Below, piece by piece: positions 41,677 through 51,449 of a stretch of DNA of 64,000 nt (position 1 is the stretch's first letter; each line of letters opens with the position of its first letter). This DNA is from Synechococcus sp. (GTDB lineage Bacteria > Cyanobacteriota > Cyanobacteriia > PCC-6307 > Cyanobiaceae): NCBI GenBank assembly GCA_047284725.1, contig JBJBEO010000001.1, positions 1,336,203 to 1,400,202 on the forward strand. Direction: 5' to 3'. A program made the translations under genes and the position numbers. The notes beneath the pieces are model-generated. The model was not told the DNA's origin. It made no database searches and saw only the letters and a list, made by a program, of their open reading frames with translations.

Positions 41677-42832
41677 ATTTGGGCAATTCAGTGTCGAACA
41701 GGTTGAGCAACCGGTCGACGTTCTCAGGGGTTGAGTTGTAGCCCATCAGGCCGATGCGCCAGATCTTGCCGGCAAGGGTGCCGAGACCGCCACCCACTTC
41801 AATGCCGTGCTGGTTCAAGAGGTGCTGGGAGAAGGCCTTTCCATCAACACCATCGGGAATACGCACCGTGGTGAGCGTGGGGAGGCGAAGAGACTCGGGT
41901 GCATGCAGGACCAGACCCATGCTCTCGAGACCCGACCAGAGTGCCTCGGCATTGCGACGGTGGCGGGCCCAGGCCTGTTCCAGGCCTTCCTCGGCAAGGA
42001 GCCGAAGCGCTTCCCGCATCCCGAAGTTCATGTTCACGGGCGCTGTGTGGTGATAGACGCGATCACTGCCCCAGTACTGGTTGAGGAGAGAGACATCGAG
42101 ATACCAGTTGGGTACCTTGTCTTTTCGCGATGACAGCTTCTCTTCAGCTCTTGGACCCATGGTGAATGGGCCGAGGCCGGGGGGGCAGCTCAAACCTTTT
42201 TGGCTGCAGCTGTAGGCGAGGTCCACCTTCCATTCATCCAGGAACAGAGGAACTCCACCCAGAGAGGTGACCGTGTCGAGCAAGAGCAAACAGTTGTGCT
42301 GACGGCAGAGATCACCAATGCCATCCATGGGCTGGCAAATCCCAGTGGACGTTTCAGCGTGAACCAGCGCAAGGATGGCTGGCTTGTGCTCAATCAGGGC
42401 CGCTTCGAGTTCTTCAAGCGAGAACGCTTCCCCCCAGGGCTTCTCCACCACACGCACATCAGCGCGATAGCGGCCCGCCATATCAACGAGGCGATTGCCG
42501 AAATAGCCCTTCACAGCCACCAGAACCCTGTCGCCCGGTTCCACCGTGTTGGCGAGGGTGGCCTCCATGGCAGAACTGCCGGTGCCGCTCATGGGCAGTG
42601 TGAGTCGGTTGTCTGTCTGCCAGGCGTAACGGAGAAGCTCCTGCACTTCAGCCATCAGCTCCACGTACAGAGGGTCGAGGTGACCGATCGGCGTCCGGGA
42701 GAGGGCTTGAAGAACGGTGGGGTGGGCATTCGAGGGGCCTGGCCCCAGGAGCAGACGGTCAGGCGTCGCGATCGGCGCAAGGGAGCTGCGATGGCACTGG
42801 TCAACCGTAGGAAGCAGGTGCTGTGTCGCCAA
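41648..42832 (-). CDS. Alanine-glyoxylate / serine-pyruvate aminotransferase (class V)
   Basis: LLLGPGPSN, GTGSSAME, VHAETSTG, SCSQKGLSCPPG, YHHTAP and WRIGLMG motifs. Confidence 0.93.
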   Translation of the reverse strand: MATQHLLPTVDQCHRSSLAPIATPDRLLLGPGPSNAHPTVLQALSRTPIGHLDPLYVELMAEVQELLRYAWQTDNRLTLPMSGTGSSAMEATLANTVEPGDRVLVAVKGYFGNRLVDMAGRYRADVRVVEKPWGEAFSLEELEAALIEHKPAILALVHAETSTGICQPMDGIGDLCRQHNCLLLLDTVTSLGGVPLFLDEWKVDLAYSCSQKGLSCPPGLGPFTMGPRAEEKLSSRKDKVPNWYLDVSLLNQYWGSDRVYHHTAPVNMNFGMREALRLLAEEGLEQAWARHRRNAEALWSGLESMGLVLHAPESLRLPTLTTVRIPDGVDGKAFSQHLLNQHGIEVGGGLGTLAGKIWRIGLMGYNSTPENVDRLLNLFDTELPKFSKTSVAAA

Positions 42833-42912
42833 AGCCTGAGAAGCAGTTCGAGGCGATCAGCCTACGCAGTCGGGACTCTTCACCAGGCTTTGATTCAGGG
42901 ATTGCAACGCGA

Positions 42913-43437
42913 TCAGCGCTGACGAATATCAGAAGCAGCGAGTCCTTCAGCCATGTGATCAAACGGTTGACGGACAACTGAGCATTGTCCGATCGCGACT
43001 CCTGCAGCCACAAGCATTTCGCAGAGCACATCCGCCAGGAGCACGATGCTGCGCACAGTGGGTCCCGTAGGCACCCCAAGACTTTTGTAAGTGTCGTCGA
43101 GACCGTTCAGCACCCGCTCATTGAGGATGGTGCTGTCGCCTGCGACCAGGGCGTAACTGGCGTAGCGAAGGAAATAATCCATGTCGCGCAGGCAGGCCGC
43201 CAGACGACGCGTGGTGTAGGCGTTCCCTCCTGGCAGCAAGAGTTCTGGATCCCCCTCAAAAAGCCTCTGACTGGCTTCCCGAACAATCTCCGCCGCCTCA
43301 CGGTTGATCACCTCAACAGCCTGAAGACGCAGAGAGGCTTCGCCCAGATAGCCATCGATGCTGTCCATGGCAGTGCGATCGAGGTAGCGACCAAGCTGGT
43401 CGTAGCGACCGATCAACCCGGTGATGGCATCACGCAT
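42913..43437 (-). CDS. apcF: Allophycocyanin beta-18 subunit
   Basis: MRDAITGLIGRYDQLGRYLD, PGGNAYTTRRLAACLRDMDYFLRYASY and ERVLNGL motifs; divergent from glnA. Confidence 0.93.
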   Translation of the reverse strand: MRDAITGLIGRYDQLGRYLDRTAMDSIDGYLGEASLRLQAVEVINREAAEIVREASQRLFEGDPELLLPGGNAYTTRRLAACLRDMDYFLRYASYALVAGDSTILNERVLNGLDDTYKSLGVPTGPTVRSIVLLADVLCEMLVAAGVAIGQCSVVRQPFDHMAEGLAASDIRQR

Positions 43438-43581
43438 GGCGAGGGCATAGACGATGTCAGGGTGAAACGTAACACCAGCAACAAGGGCAGAACCCGGCTG
43501 GGAGCTGCGATGTGCCCAAGTTGACAGAAACGGTTACCAAGCGGCGAATGTCAAGCACGCAGGCCGGCCCAGCGAAAAAAT

Positions 43582-43623
43582 GTGCCAATTGATACAAAAC
43601 AGCCCCAAAGGCCTGTTTACGGT
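43582..43623 (+). promoter_or_regulatory. NtcA-activated (class II) promoter of glnA
   Basis: GTG-ccaattga-TAC (43582-43595), then exactly 22 nt, then -10 TACGGT (43618-43623). Confidence 0.85.
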
Positions 43624-43659
43624 CGCGCAGTCACATGAAGGTGAGCCTCTCGGGATCCC

Positions 43660-45081
43660 ATGGGTAAGACCGCACAGGACGTTCTCAGCACAATTAAGAA
43701 CGAAGGCATTGAACTGATTGACCTCAAGTTCACTGACCTGCACGGCAAGTGGCAGCACCTCACCGTCTGCGCTGACCTGGTCGACGAAGACGCCTTCACC
43801 GAAGGCCTTGCTTTCGATGGCTCATCCATCCGCGGCTGGAAAGGCATTCAGGCCTCCGACATGGCCATGGTGCCGGACGCCGACACCGCTTGGGTGGATC
43901 CGTTCTATCGGCACAAAACCCTGAGCATGATCTGCTCGATTCAGGAGCCACGCACCGGCCAGCCCTACGAGCGCTGCCCCCGCGCCCTCGCCCAGCGAGC
44001 TCTGAATTATTTGTCCAGCACAGGCCTGGCCGACATGGCCTTCTTCGGGCCGGAGCCGGAATTCTTCCTCTTCGACGACGTCCGCTACAACTCGGCCGAA
44101 GGCGGCTCCTTCTACAGCGTCGACACGATCGAAGCAGGCTGGAACACAGGACGCATCGAGGAAGGTGGCAACCTCGCCTACAAAATTCAGGAAAAAGAGG
44201 GCTACTTCCCTGTCTCTCCCAACGACACAGCCCAGGACATCCGCTCGGAGATGCTTCTGCTGATGGGGCAGCTGGGCATCCCCACTGAGAAGCACCACCA
44301 CGAGGTGGCTGGTGCAGGGCAGCACGAGCTCGGCATGAAATTTGCCGAGCTGATCCAAGCGGCCGACAACGTGATGACTTACAAGTACGTCGTCCGCAAC
44401 GTGGCCAAGAAGTACGGCAAGACGGCCACCTTCATGCCCAAGCCCGTGTTCAACGACAACGGTTCCGGCATGCACGTGCACCAGAGTCTGTGGAAGGGAG
44501 GACAGCCGCTGTTCTTCGGCGAAGGCACCTACGCGAACCTGTCGCAGACTGCCCGCTGGTACATCGGCGGCATTCTCAAGCACGCCCCTTCATTCCTGGC
44601 CTTCACCAACCCCACCACCAACAGCTACAAGCGTCTGGTGCCCGGTTTTGAAGCTCCGGTCAACCTCGTTTACTCAGAGGGCAACCGCTCTGCCGCCGTT
44701 CGGATTCCACTCACCGGCCCGAGCCCGAAAGCCAAGCGCCTCGAATTCCGTTCGGGTGACGCCCTGGCCAATCCTTATCTGGCCTTCAGCGCGATGATGA
44801 TGGCCGGTATTGACGGCATCAAGAACCAGATTGATCCAGGCGATGGCGAAGATCGCGACCTGTTCGAACTTCCGGCTGACGAGCTCTCGAAGATCGCCAC
44901 GGTTCCCGCCTCCCTGAACGGTGCCTTGGAAGCGCTGCGTGCAGACCACCACTACCTGCTCGAAGGCGGTGTGTTCACCAAGGATTTCATCGACAACTGG
45001 ATCGACATCAAGTACGAGGAAGTGCAGCAGCTGCGCCAGCGTCCCCATCCTCACGAGTTCACCATGTACTACGACGCCTGA
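43660..45081 (+). CDS. glnA: Glutamine synthetase type I
   Basis: [52 protein letters not shown] and NRSAAVRIP motifs. Confidence 0.99.
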   Translation: MGKTAQDVLSTIKNEGIELIDLKFTDLHGKWQHLTVCADLVDEDAFTEGLAFDGSSIRGWKGIQASDMAMVPDADTAWVDPFYRHKTLSMICSIQEPRTGQPYERCPRALAQRALNYLSSTGLADMAFFGPEPEFFLFDDVRYNSAEGGSFYSVDTIEAGWNTGRIEEGGNLAYKIQEKEGYFPVSPNDTAQDIRSEMLLLMGQLGIPTEKHHHEVAGAGQHELGMKFAELIQAADNVMTYKYVVRNVAKKYGKTATFMPKPVFNDNGSGMHVHQSLWKGGQPLFFGEGTYANLSQTARWYIGGILKHAPSFLAFTNPTTNSYKRLVPGFEAPVNLVYSEGNRSAAVRIPLTGPSPKAKRLEFRSGDALANPYLAFSAMMMAGIDGIKNQIDPGDGEDRDLFELPADELSKIATVPASLNGALEALRADHHYLLEGGVFTKDFIDNWIDIKYEEVQQLRQRPHPHEFTMYYDA

Positions 45082-45106
45082 TCCCAGGGATCGGTGCTAA
45101 GGCCTC

Positions 45107-45138
45107 AAAAAAGCCCTCCCAATGGGAGGGCTTTTTTC
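45107..45138. terminator. Bidirectional rho-independent terminator between glnA and the convergent small ORF
   Basis: AAAAAAGCCCTCCC-aat-GGGAGGGCTTTTTT. Confidence 0.92.
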
Positions 45139-45158
45139 TGCCAAACCGAAGACGCAAC

Positions 45159-45419
45159 TCAAGCGTCGTGGCGGAGCTGCATCAAAGCACTGTCATGCAA
45201 ACGGCGTTCACGGGCATGACGACGCGACCAGGCTCTCTGCTGTGCAAGAGCACTGGCCCCGTCATCGAGATCGGGATGATCCTCGATCTGAGCCAGGGAA
45301 GCCTGATGCAACACCTCCTCTTTGCCGTGGTGGTCAGACCAGGCAACAAATTCGACAGCGGCACGGCGATGACGATCAATCACATTGCCGATACGACGAT
45401 CAGAACGCTCAACAGCCAT
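45159..45419 (-). CDS. 86-aa His/Arg-rich small protein, putatively NtcA-repressed
   Basis: MAVERSDRRIGNVIDRHRRAAVEF...RRHARERRLHDSALMQLRHDA; AGGAGG 7 nt before the ATG; stop lies just before the bidirectional terminator. Confidence 0.75.
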   Translation of the reverse strand: MAVERSDRRIGNVIDRHRRAAVEFVAWSDHHGKEEVLHQASLAQIEDHPDLDDGASALAQQRAWSRRHARERRLHDSALMQLRHDA

Positions 45420-45449
45420 GGGGCAGCCTCCTGGAACCTGCCTCCACTC

Positions 45450-45470
45450 TGTAACAATCGCTACAGAATA
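45450..45470 (-). promoter_or_regulatory. Perfect NtcA box abutting a minus-strand -10 element (repression geometry)
   Basis: TGTA-acaatcgc-TACA (GTA at 45451, TAC ending at 45464); minus-strand TATTCT at 45470-45465 immediately upstream. Confidence 0.8.
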
Positions 45471-45604
45471 TGCCCTATCTTGGAACTTCTTCACAGGTGA
45501 TGGGCGTCCCTCCCCGAAGGAATCTCCGAAAAGCGACCAGCCCACATCACACCATCGGCCATCCATCCGTTGGAATGGGCATTCCCTGATGAAGTTCGAT
45601 CGCG

Positions 45605-46669
45605 ATGGCGTCGCCCACGCTCACAGAGATCGTCTACCGCACACTGCAGCAGAGTCGCAGCCTTGCTGGTGTCGCCCACAAAGAGATCAGCACAAAGCTG
45701 ATGGAGCTGGTCGCTCCAGATGCCACACCTCAGACAGCGCCAGTGTCCACCGACATGCTGCTGCAACTGCGGCAATCCATGGCAGACCTTGAAGATCTCG
45801 ATTGGCGCGAGGCCCAACAAGGTGTCTATCCCACCAACCAGCTGTTTGACCTCCCCTGGCTGGATTGGGCAACCCGTTACCCGAAGCTCTGGCTTGATCT
45901 GCCGTCCACCTGGCACCGGCGACGTGATCGCAATGTGCGTGATCTTCCCGACGAGGTCGATGCAGCAATTTATCCCGATTATTACCTGCAGAATTTTCAT
46001 CACCAAACGGATGGTTATTTCAGTGACCACTCAGCTGAGCTCTACGATCTCCAGGTCGACATTCTCTTCAATGGCGCCGCAGACGCCATGCGACGCAGGG
46101 TCATCGCCCCCCTCAAGCGAGGCCTGCGGCATTTTGATGACCGCCCTGCCAACAGCCTGAAGGTGCTGGATGTGGCCACCGGGACGGGCCGAACGTTGCA
46201 TCAGATCCGTGGGGCGGTTCCTGACGCGACCCTGATCGGTGTGGATCTGTCCCAGGCCTACCTGAGGCAGGCCAACCGATGGCTGAACCAGGGCAGCAAC
46301 AACCTTGTCCAACTCCTGCAGGCCAATGGAGAAGCCTTGCCACTCACGGATGCGAGTGTTCAGGCCGTGACCTGTGTGTTCCTCATGCACGAACTCCCGG
46401 CCGACGCTCGCCAGGCCGTGATCAGCGAGTGCTTCCGCGTGCTTGAACCCGGTGGTGTTTTCGTGCTCGCCGACTCCATTCAACTTCAGGACTCACCTGA
46501 ATTCGAAGTGGCAATGGATAACTTCCGAAAGGCCTTCCACGAGCCTTTTTACCGCGATTACATCGGCGACAACATCGATCTGAAGCTGACGCAATCAGGG
46601 TTTATTGGCATAGCCGCTGAATCCCACTTCATGACCCGCGTATGGACCGCTACGAAGCCATCCCAGTGA
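45605..46669 (+). CDS. Class I SAM-dependent methyltransferase
   Basis: YYLQNFHHQTDGY, VLDVATGTG, GVDLS, CVFLMHELP and RVLEPGG motifs. Confidence 0.9.
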   Translation: MASPTLTEIVYRTLQQSRSLAGVAHKEISTKLMELVAPDATPQTAPVSTDMLLQLRQSMADLEDLDWREAQQGVYPTNQLFDLPWLDWATRYPKLWLDLPSTWHRRRDRNVRDLPDEVDAAIYPDYYLQNFHHQTDGYFSDHSAELYDLQVDILFNGAADAMRRRVIAPLKRGLRHFDDRPANSLKVLDVATGTGRTLHQIRGAVPDATLIGVDLSQAYLRQANRWLNQGSNNLVQLLQANGEALPLTDASVQAVTCVFLMHELPADARQAVISECFRVLEPGGVFVLADSIQLQDSPEFEVAMDNFRKAFHEPFYRDYIGDNIDLKLTQSGFIGIAAESHFMTRVWTATKPSQ

Positions 46670-46742
46670 TCGGCATTTGCTGACAGCCAACTCAGACAGC
46701 GCAGCAACAGCCCATAAGGTGCAATGACATCATCACCCTGCA

Positions 46743-47066
46743 ATGTCCAATCCCTTCGAGGTGCGATGGCTCAAAGGCTGGATGTTCGAAGTGGTGTTGA
46801 TGGAGGGCTTTGTTCAGGTGGAAGCAAAAGGCTTCGGGATCTGCCTGCGGTCGCCGATGGATCCGGGAGAAACCCCGCAATCAGCAGCCGATCGACTCGT
46901 GATGGCTGAAGAGAAACGGCGCCTGTCACTGCAGAGCACTCCCCCGTCGTTCAACGTCAGCCCCTGGTGGCCTGAGCCACCCACCAACCGATCAACATTG
47001 CCGGTCCAGCCCAGCGCAGACCTTGCCAGAACCACCAGCCGGAGGCCGTCGAACCCAGAGCGCTGA
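46743..47066 (+). CDS. Hypothetical protein
   Basis: Protein-like N-terminal domain (NPFEVRWLKGW...VEAKGFGICLR...AADRLV). Confidence 0.6.
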   Translation: MSNPFEVRWLKGWMFEVVLMEGFVQVEAKGFGICLRSPMDPGETPQSAADRLVMAEEKRRLSLQSTPPSFNVSPWWPEPPTNRSTLPVQPSADLARTTSRRPSNPER

Positions 47067-47271
47067 GGAGATCATTCGCTTCAGCAAGCTGCTTTGCAAA
47101 AGCTCGGCGCTGTCGTCCGCGGCGTAGTGCAGGTGAGGATCGCGTCGTGACTCCTCTTGTGGCAACAAGCCGATGATTGAGCCTGCGATTGAGTCGGAGC
47201 AGCTGGTTGAGTGTGTGCAAAAGCCCGACGGAGCGCCTTTGAGCCGAACACCTCGCAGATCGCCTTATCAC
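46957..47271 (-). CDS. Small hypothetical protein with C-terminal membrane segment (start uncertain, probably shorter)
   Basis: RRAF...WWFWQGLRWAGPAMLIGWWV. Confidence 0.5.
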   Translation of the reverse strand: MIRRSARCSAQRRSVGLLHTLNQLLRLNRRLNHRLVATRGVTTRSSPALRRGRQRRAFAKQLAEANDLLSALGSTASGWWFWQGLRWAGPAMLIGWWVAQATRG

Positions 47272-47321
47272 CTCAATTCCATGCGCAGGGCTTCAGGATA
47301 GGAAGGCTTCATAGTTTCACC

Positions 47322-47576
47322 ATGCGCGCAAGCCAAACAAGCTGGCCAACCGACGCAGCTCATCGGGCTCAGGAACTGCACGAGTGCCTTCGCCTCACGG
47401 ATCGCAACTGGCATCAACTCAAAAGCGATGCGGATCGACGGGCCGCGGAATTGCTCTCAGCAGCCCTTGTTCAGTTGCTTCAAGGGGGATCTCAGGACGA
47501 TGCCTGTGCACTGGCAGATCAAGGATTGCGCTGGCTCAAGCGTGACCTGAAAGATCCAGGCTGCCCGCACCGCTGA
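47322..47576 (+). CDS. Conserved cyanobacterial protein (DUF6439-like)
   Basis: LHECLRLTDRNWHQLK..RRAAELL..AL...WLKRDLKDPGCP. Confidence 0.8.
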   Translation: MRASQTSWPTDAAHRAQELHECLRLTDRNWHQLKSDADRRAAELLSAALVQLLQGGSQDDACALADQGLRWLKRDLKDPGCPHR

Positions 47577-48045
47577 GCTCGGAAGCTGGACGCCCTGGTT
47601 TGCGGCAAGCCACCTGCAAGCGATTGCCTCGACGACTCCAGCGCACATCGTCGAAACATTGATGAATCAGGAACAGGCCTCGACCGCGATCGGCATCCAG
47701 ACAGGCCGGTAAGGCTCCGTCTCGTGCATGAACAGCCAGACCGCTGCCTTCATCCTGGATCTGCCAAACGAGCCAGTTGGGAGTGAGAATGCGCCGGACG
47801 CGCAGACACTTGCGCGTGTCACCGCCATTGCCGTGGCGCACAGCATTCACCAGAGCTTCCTGGAGGCCCAGCTCCAATCGGCATGCTGTTTCCTCGCAGG
47901 CCACAGGTTCCAACAACAACTCCAGAAGAGGACTGAGCTGAAGCGTGGAGGGAAGGATGAAATCAGCCCAGCGGAATCGGGGCACAGAAACCAATGAACG
48001 CCACCTGTCCGGAAAGGACACCAAAGTCTGATGGCCCGACGTCAT
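47536..48045 (-). CDS. Anti-sigma-factor-like ATP-binding protein (RsbW / HATPase_c_2)
   Basis: LQEALVNAVRHGN, IQDEGSG and GRGLFLI GHKL motifs; start uncertain. Confidence 0.87.
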   Translation of the reverse strand: MTSGHQTLVSFPDRWRSLVSVPRFRWADFILPSTLQLSPLLELLLEPVACEETACRLELGLQEALVNAVRHGNGGDTRKCLRVRRILTPNWLVWQIQDEGSGLAVHARDGALPACLDADRGRGLFLIHQCFDDVRWSRRGNRLQVACRKPGRPASELSGAGSLDLSGHA

Positions 48046-48103
48046 CGACAGAGCAGCACTCTTTTTTGACCATAACGGCAGAGACCATCAGTGCCACCAA
48101 CAA

Positions 48104-48823
48104 CTAAGACTTTCGCCGAGACACGAGCGACGGATGGTTGAGCAGGGCGTCCATCAAACGCACCCCTCTCAGTTGGTTGATCAAGGGCATATGGCCCTCT
48201 GGGGCTGTGATCAACCAGGTGAATGCTGAGGGATAGCGAGTCCAGACTCCGTCCTGTTTCCAGCCGATCCGAGGCCAAAGCTTTTCATAGCGTCCGTCAA
48301 AAGCGGTGAGAAGCCGAGCCTGAACCGTGAAACCGAAACGGCCCTGGGAATAGGCCGTCCAGAGCCTGTCGAGCGTGATCAGATCTAGCCCTTGCATCGG
48401 AGGCACTTCACTGAAGTACACGTAGCCCCGTTTCTCTGCATCAGGTCCAGCAAGCTGTCTGAGCACACGGCTGGTGAAACGATCGGCATCCTCAAACTGC
48501 TCGGCCAGAAGATCCCTCTGGAGCGGGCTGTAGTCGATTCCAACGGCCGAAGGCGTTGAAAACCATCCATTTGAGGACCCGAGCAAGGCAGGAAGCACCT
48601 GGGGTTGCTGACGTTGAAAGACCTGGAGCAACCATCCGGCGGCCCAATCGTCTCCATCACGATCAAATCGGTCCAGGGCCGCTGGTCCAAGGGCTGCCAA
48701 CTCCTCAGCTCGCGACTCAATGGAGGAGATCAGGCCACGGCGTTGTCGCGCCGATCCTGTGGAGAAACGCTCCAGCAGCAGATCGACACTGAGGTTGGTG
48801 GAAGAGGAGAGTCCAGAAAGCAT
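48104..48823 (-). CDS. gun4: GUN4 (Ycf53) porphyrin-binding Mg-chelatase regulator
   Basis: DYSPLQ..L....FEDADRFT, DLITLDRLWTAYSQGRFGF, IGW and APEGHMP motifs. Confidence 0.9.
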   Translation of the reverse strand: MLSGLSSSTNLSVDLLLERFSTGSARQRRGLISSIESRAEELAALGPAALDRFDRDGDDWAAGWLLQVFQRQQPQVLPALLGSSNGWFSTPSAVGIDYSPLQRDLLAEQFEDADRFTSRVLRQLAGPDAEKRGYVYFSEVPPMQGLDLITLDRLWTAYSQGRFGFTVQARLLTAFDGRYEKLWPRIGWKQDGVWTRYPSAFTWLITAPEGHMPLINQLRGVRLMDALLNHPSLVSRRKS

Positions 48824-48863
48824 GGATCGAAGCCGGCTCTCACTGGCACGGCGTTGGCCCACT

Positions 48864-49940
48864 ATGTCAGGCATGGGCGCTTCTTTGACAACCGAGATCA
48901 ACTCCTTTCGCGCCGCTCCCGGGCGTTTGGTTGATGTACGCAGTCCTGGAGAGTTTCACCAAGGCCACTGGCCAGGGGCCATCAACATCCCGTTGTTCAG
49001 CGATGAACAACGGGCAGAGGTCGGCACCCTTTACAACCATGAAGGCCGTCAGAACGCTATCCAGCGCGGCCTTGAAATCGTGGGACCATCGATGGCCAGA
49101 TTGTCTGAAGCGCTGCAAAAAACTGGTGGAGAAAGCCAGCGCCTGAGGATCTACTGCTGGCGAGGGGGCATGCGCTCCAACAGCATGGCCTGGCTGGCCG
49201 ACCTGTCCGGGCTGACAACCCTTGTGCTCGAGGGCGGCTACAAGAGCTATCGCCGCTGGGTCCTGAACCAATTCAGCTTGCCCTGGCCCGTCAGGCTGCT
49301 GGGTGGGCGCACCGGCAGCGGCAAGACCGATCTTCTGCTGGCCCTTGCCGAGCAAGACGTGGCCGTCGTCGATCTTGAAGGGTTGGCCCATCATCGCGGC
49401 AGCAGCTTCGGAGGCCTGGGCTTGCCGGAGCAGCCGAGCACCGAGCACTACGAAAACCGCCTTGCCGAAGCACTGGATGGCCATCGCCTCCAGCGCGCGG
49501 AGGAAATCTGGCTCGAAGCGGAAAGCGCGCAGGTGGGGCGATGCCGTATTCCACGCGACCTGTTTCTGCAGATGCAGGCCGCAGAGGTCTTGGAGATCCG
49601 CAGATCGGAGCAGGAACGCCTTGATCAATTGGTGGCCGTTTATGGCCATCAGGGAGAGAAAGCCCTGGCCGAAGCAACCCAGCGCATCAGTCGGCGATTG
49701 GGGCCTCAGCGCACCCATCAGGCGCTTGAAGCCATCAAACGTGGCAACTGGCACGAAGCCTGCAGGGCCATGCTCGATTACTACGATCGTTGTTACGACC
49801 ACGAGCTGGCGCAGGCGCCTGAGCGACACAGCGTGGATCTTTCGGGCCAGGCACCTGAGAGCGCTGCCCGCAGGCTGGTGAAGGAAGGTTTGGTGCAACC
49901 CGTTCGATTGAAGGGACAGTCAGGCAACGCAGATCCCTAA
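48864..49940 (+). CDS. mnmH: tRNA 2-selenouridine/geranyl-2-thiouridine synthase
   Basis: Rhodanese domain (DVRSPGEF, YCWRGGMRS) plus P-loop GRTGSGKT; DLEGLAHHRGSSFG and YYDRCY motifs. Confidence 0.94.
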   Translation: MSGMGASLTTEINSFRAAPGRLVDVRSPGEFHQGHWPGAINIPLFSDEQRAEVGTLYNHEGRQNAIQRGLEIVGPSMARLSEALQKTGGESQRLRIYCWRGGMRSNSMAWLADLSGLTTLVLEGGYKSYRRWVLNQFSLPWPVRLLGGRTGSGKTDLLLALAEQDVAVVDLEGLAHHRGSSFGGLGLPEQPSTEHYENRLAEALDGHRLQRAEEIWLEAESAQVGRCRIPRDLFLQMQAAEVLEIRRSEQERLDQLVAVYGHQGEKALAEATQRISRRLGPQRTHQALEAIKRGNWHEACRAMLDYYDRCYDHELAQAPERHSVDLSGQAPESAARRLVKEGLVQPVRLKGQSGNADP

Positions 49941-49967
49941 ACTCCTCATTTGGCAAAGCGGACCTCC

Positions 49968-50354
49968 ATGGCAGACGAGACCAAAGCAGCCATCCAGTTC
50001 TTCCGCGGCGTGAACGAACCTGTGGTTCCAGACATCCGCATGACGCGCAGCCGCGATGGCCGCACCGGTCAGGCCAAGTTTGTGTTTGAAGAACCCCAGG
50101 CCCTCGCCCCGGAGACCCTCGGAGACATCGCTGGAATGTGGATGGTCGACGAAGAAGGCTCCCTTGTCACCCGTGAGGTGAATGGTCGATTCGTGAATGG
50201 CAAACCCTTTGCCTTGGAAGCCACTTACACCTGGAAAACAGAAGCCGACTTCGAACGCTTCATGCGTTTCGCCCAGCGTTATGCCGACGCAAACGGAATG
50301 GGCTATTCCCAAAACTCCGACCAAGATGGTGGCGGCGGCGATAACAACGGTTGA
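49968..50354 (+). CDS. psb28: Photosystem II assembly protein Psb28
   Basis: [28 protein letters not shown] and [12 protein letters not shown] motifs. Confidence 0.95.
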   Translation: MADETKAAIQFFRGVNEPVVPDIRMTRSRDGRTGQAKFVFEEPQALAPETLGDIAGMWMVDEEGSLVTREVNGRFVNGKPFALEATYTWKTEADFERFMRFAQRYADANGMGYSQNSDQDGGGGDNNG

Positions 50355-51439
50355 AGTTCCCCCAATGGATCGGTCTGGCGGCGATCACCGCCTCCTGCCT
50401 GCTTCTCTGGAGCCTGCGTGACGTACTGATCCTTCTCTTTGCCAGCATTGTGCTGGCAATGGCACTCTGCACCCTGGTCGGCAGCGTCAGGAAGCGCTGG
50501 CAGATGCCACGTCCACTCGCCCTGCTCGTGTGCCTGTTGGGGGTTGTTCTTGTGGTGGGCATCGGCCTTGCCGTGCTGGTGCCCCCCTTCATCAATCAGT
50601 TCAATCAACTGTTGATGAAGCTTCCAGCTGCAGCCTTTGAGCTCAAGCAGATCGCAATCTCCACCATCAACCACATCTCGGGGATGGTTTACGGACTTCA
50701 GGGGGCAAGCGACTGGAGCGCCCGCCTCCTGGCGAATGGCCAAGCAATCCCGGATGGAGCAACACTCGCGTCTGGCTTGAGCGGTGGATTGGAAAAACTG
50801 CTCGGGCTGGCCGGCAATCTTGGCTCTGGTCTCGTTCAGCTGCTGTTCGTCGTGGCGGTGACGCTGATGGTGGCTGTGCAGCCCAACGCCTATCGCGAGG
50901 TGGCCATTCAATTGATGCCCTCCTTCTATCGGCGGCGCACCCGCGACATCCTGGCGCAATGCGGTGAGGCCCTGAGCAGCTGGATGGTGGGGCTGCTGAT
51001 CAGCTCGCTCTGTGTCGGCGTGCTTGCAGGCATCGGCCTGTCCCTGCTGGGGGTGAAGCTGGTGGTGGCGAATGCTCTTCTGGCTGGATTACTGAATGTG
51101 ATCCCCAATGTGGGCCCCACCATGAGCACGATCTTCCCCATGGCCGTGGCTCTCTTGGATGCCCCTTGGAAGTCGGTCGCCGTTCTCGGTCTCTATGTCG
51201 TGATTCAAAATCTGGAGAGCTACGTGATCACGCCATCGGTGATGCATCACCAGGTGAAACTCCTGCCAGGTCTCACCCTCACCGCACAGTTTTTTTTCAC
51301 AGTGATTTTCGGCCCGCTTGGGCTTCTGCTGGCTTTGCCGCTCGCCGTGGTGTTGCAAGTGGTAATCCGTGAAGTGGTGATCCGCGACATGCTCGATGGA
51401 TGGAAGCGTCAGCGATCCGAATTTGGATCCGTTCTCTGA
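50351..51439 (+). CDS. AI-2E (UPF0118) family transporter
   Basis: Multi-[21 protein letters not shown] and [11 protein letters not shown] motifs. Confidence 0.9.
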   Translation: MKFPQWIGLAAITASCLLLWSLRDVLILLFASIVLAMALCTLVGSVRKRWQMPRPLALLVCLLGVVLVVGIGLAVLVPPFINQFNQLLMKLPAAAFELKQIAISTINHISGMVYGLQGASDWSARLLANGQAIPDGATLASGLSGGLEKLLGLAGNLGSGLVQLLFVVAVTLMVAVQPNAYREVAIQLMPSFYRRRTRDILAQCGEALSSWMVGLLISSLCVGVLAGIGLSLLGVKLVVANALLAGLLNVIPNVGPTMSTIFPMAVALLDAPWKSVAVLGLYVVIQNLESYVITPSVMHHQVKLLPGLTLTAQFFFTVIFGPLGLLLALPLAVVLQVVIREVVIRDMLDGWKRQRSEFGSVL

Positions 51440-51449
51440 CCAGGAGTTG

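Noticed and set aside
45168..45500. Plus-strand 110-aa ORFs downstream of glnA as alternatives to the minus-strand small gene
   Set aside because: They start just after a strong terminator with no evident RBS or promoter, whereas the minus ORF has AGGAGG, a -10 and a terminator
46957..47170. Possible frameshift in the small WQGLRW-containing gene (alternative TTG-started frame MPQEESRR…)
   Set aside because: The frame containing the membrane motif is open throughout; only the start codon is ambiguous, so there is no evidence of a pseudogene
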